64,000 nt of DNA, taken from IMG/VR virus record IMGVR_UViG_2778261087_000003, one strand, 5' to 3'. The notes beneath the pieces are model-generated. The model saw only the letters and a program-made list of their open reading frames with translations, was not told the DNA's origin and searched no databases. The position numbers were made by a program, and so were the translations under genes. The DNA comes from a virus. Its lineage: Duplodnaviria; Heunggongvirae; Uroviricota; Caudoviricetes. Positions 63,633 to 64,000 of this stretch are shown piece by piece. The stretch's first letter is position 1. The number at the start of each line of letters is the position of its first letter.

Positions 63633-63902
63633 ATGGAAAGAAAAAACGCCAACATTGACGATGTTATAAGGACAGTTGAAACCGCCAGCGCAAAAGAGCT
63701 GGAAGAGCTTGCAGGTATCCGGGAAGCTGTTGAAGATTTGAAAGGGGGACGCGTTGCAACTGTTGATCCTGTCTCTCGCAGTGTGTCGGCATTAAATCGC
63801 ACAATCGAAAATTCCCGGCCAGACTTTGTGGCCAATGCGCCATCAGTGGACCCTATTGTTGACGCAATGAAACGGCTTAATTTAGGGGACGTTTCTCGTT
63901 GA
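63633..63902 (+). CDS. hypothetical small protein
   Basis: 89-aa ORF near the window end. Confidence 0.4.
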   Translation: MERKNANIDDVIRTVETASAKELEELAGIREAVEDLKGGRVATVDPVSRSVSALNRTIENSRPDFVANAPSVDPIVDAMKRLNLGDVSR

Positions 63903-64000
63903 TGCGCCGCGCGATAAACGTACCTATTTCCGTGAGATAAATTACATCGCCGCGGCATTTCAATATCAGAAAAAGAATTACAACTCAGCTTGAGTTTGAA

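Overview
This 64-kb window is a segment of a P1-family phage-plasmid, read in reverse orientation relative to the usual P1 map. All calls are from reading the sequence and the ORF track; no database search was run, so gene names rest on motifs, protein length and synteny. Coordinates of small sites (operators, tRNAs, hairpins) were read by hand and may be off by 1-2 nt. Recognised backbone, in window order: a darB-like 3' end with ulx/lxc-like small genes; mat-ref-cra-cre with loxP; the immC genes coi and c1; terminase pacB/pacA with the pac site; lpa; pdcB/pdcA-like; phd-doc; a LexA-boxed humD with hot; a long leftward early operon of about 30 small genes that includes a Ser/Thr phosphatase, a HAD phosphatase, a VRR-NUC nuclease and a TraR-like zinc finger; a rightward six-gene module with a SWIM zinc-finger protein and a gpV-like spike; ban helicase with three tRNAs (Ile-CAU, Thr, Asn); the bifunctional Dmt methyltransferase; hrdC; the plasmid replicon (oriR/incC iterons, repA, incA iterons, parA, parB, parS); major head and tail sheath genes; and the immI module repL-kilA-ant-icd. 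At least 14 C1-operator-like 17-mers (ATTGCTCTAATAAATTT family) punctuate the operons. The main non-backbone cargo is a stand-alone, AT-rich SIR2-like gene (2246-3550) sitting where P1 carries its type III res/mod genes and IS1; it is the best candidate for an undescribed single-gene NAD-dependent defence function. Other items worth a second look are a Hok-like type I toxin gene missed by the ORF track, a putative glycosyl-transfer cluster in the early operon, a repeat-rich tRNA-like non-coding region, and an AT-rich trio of secreted proteins next to immI.
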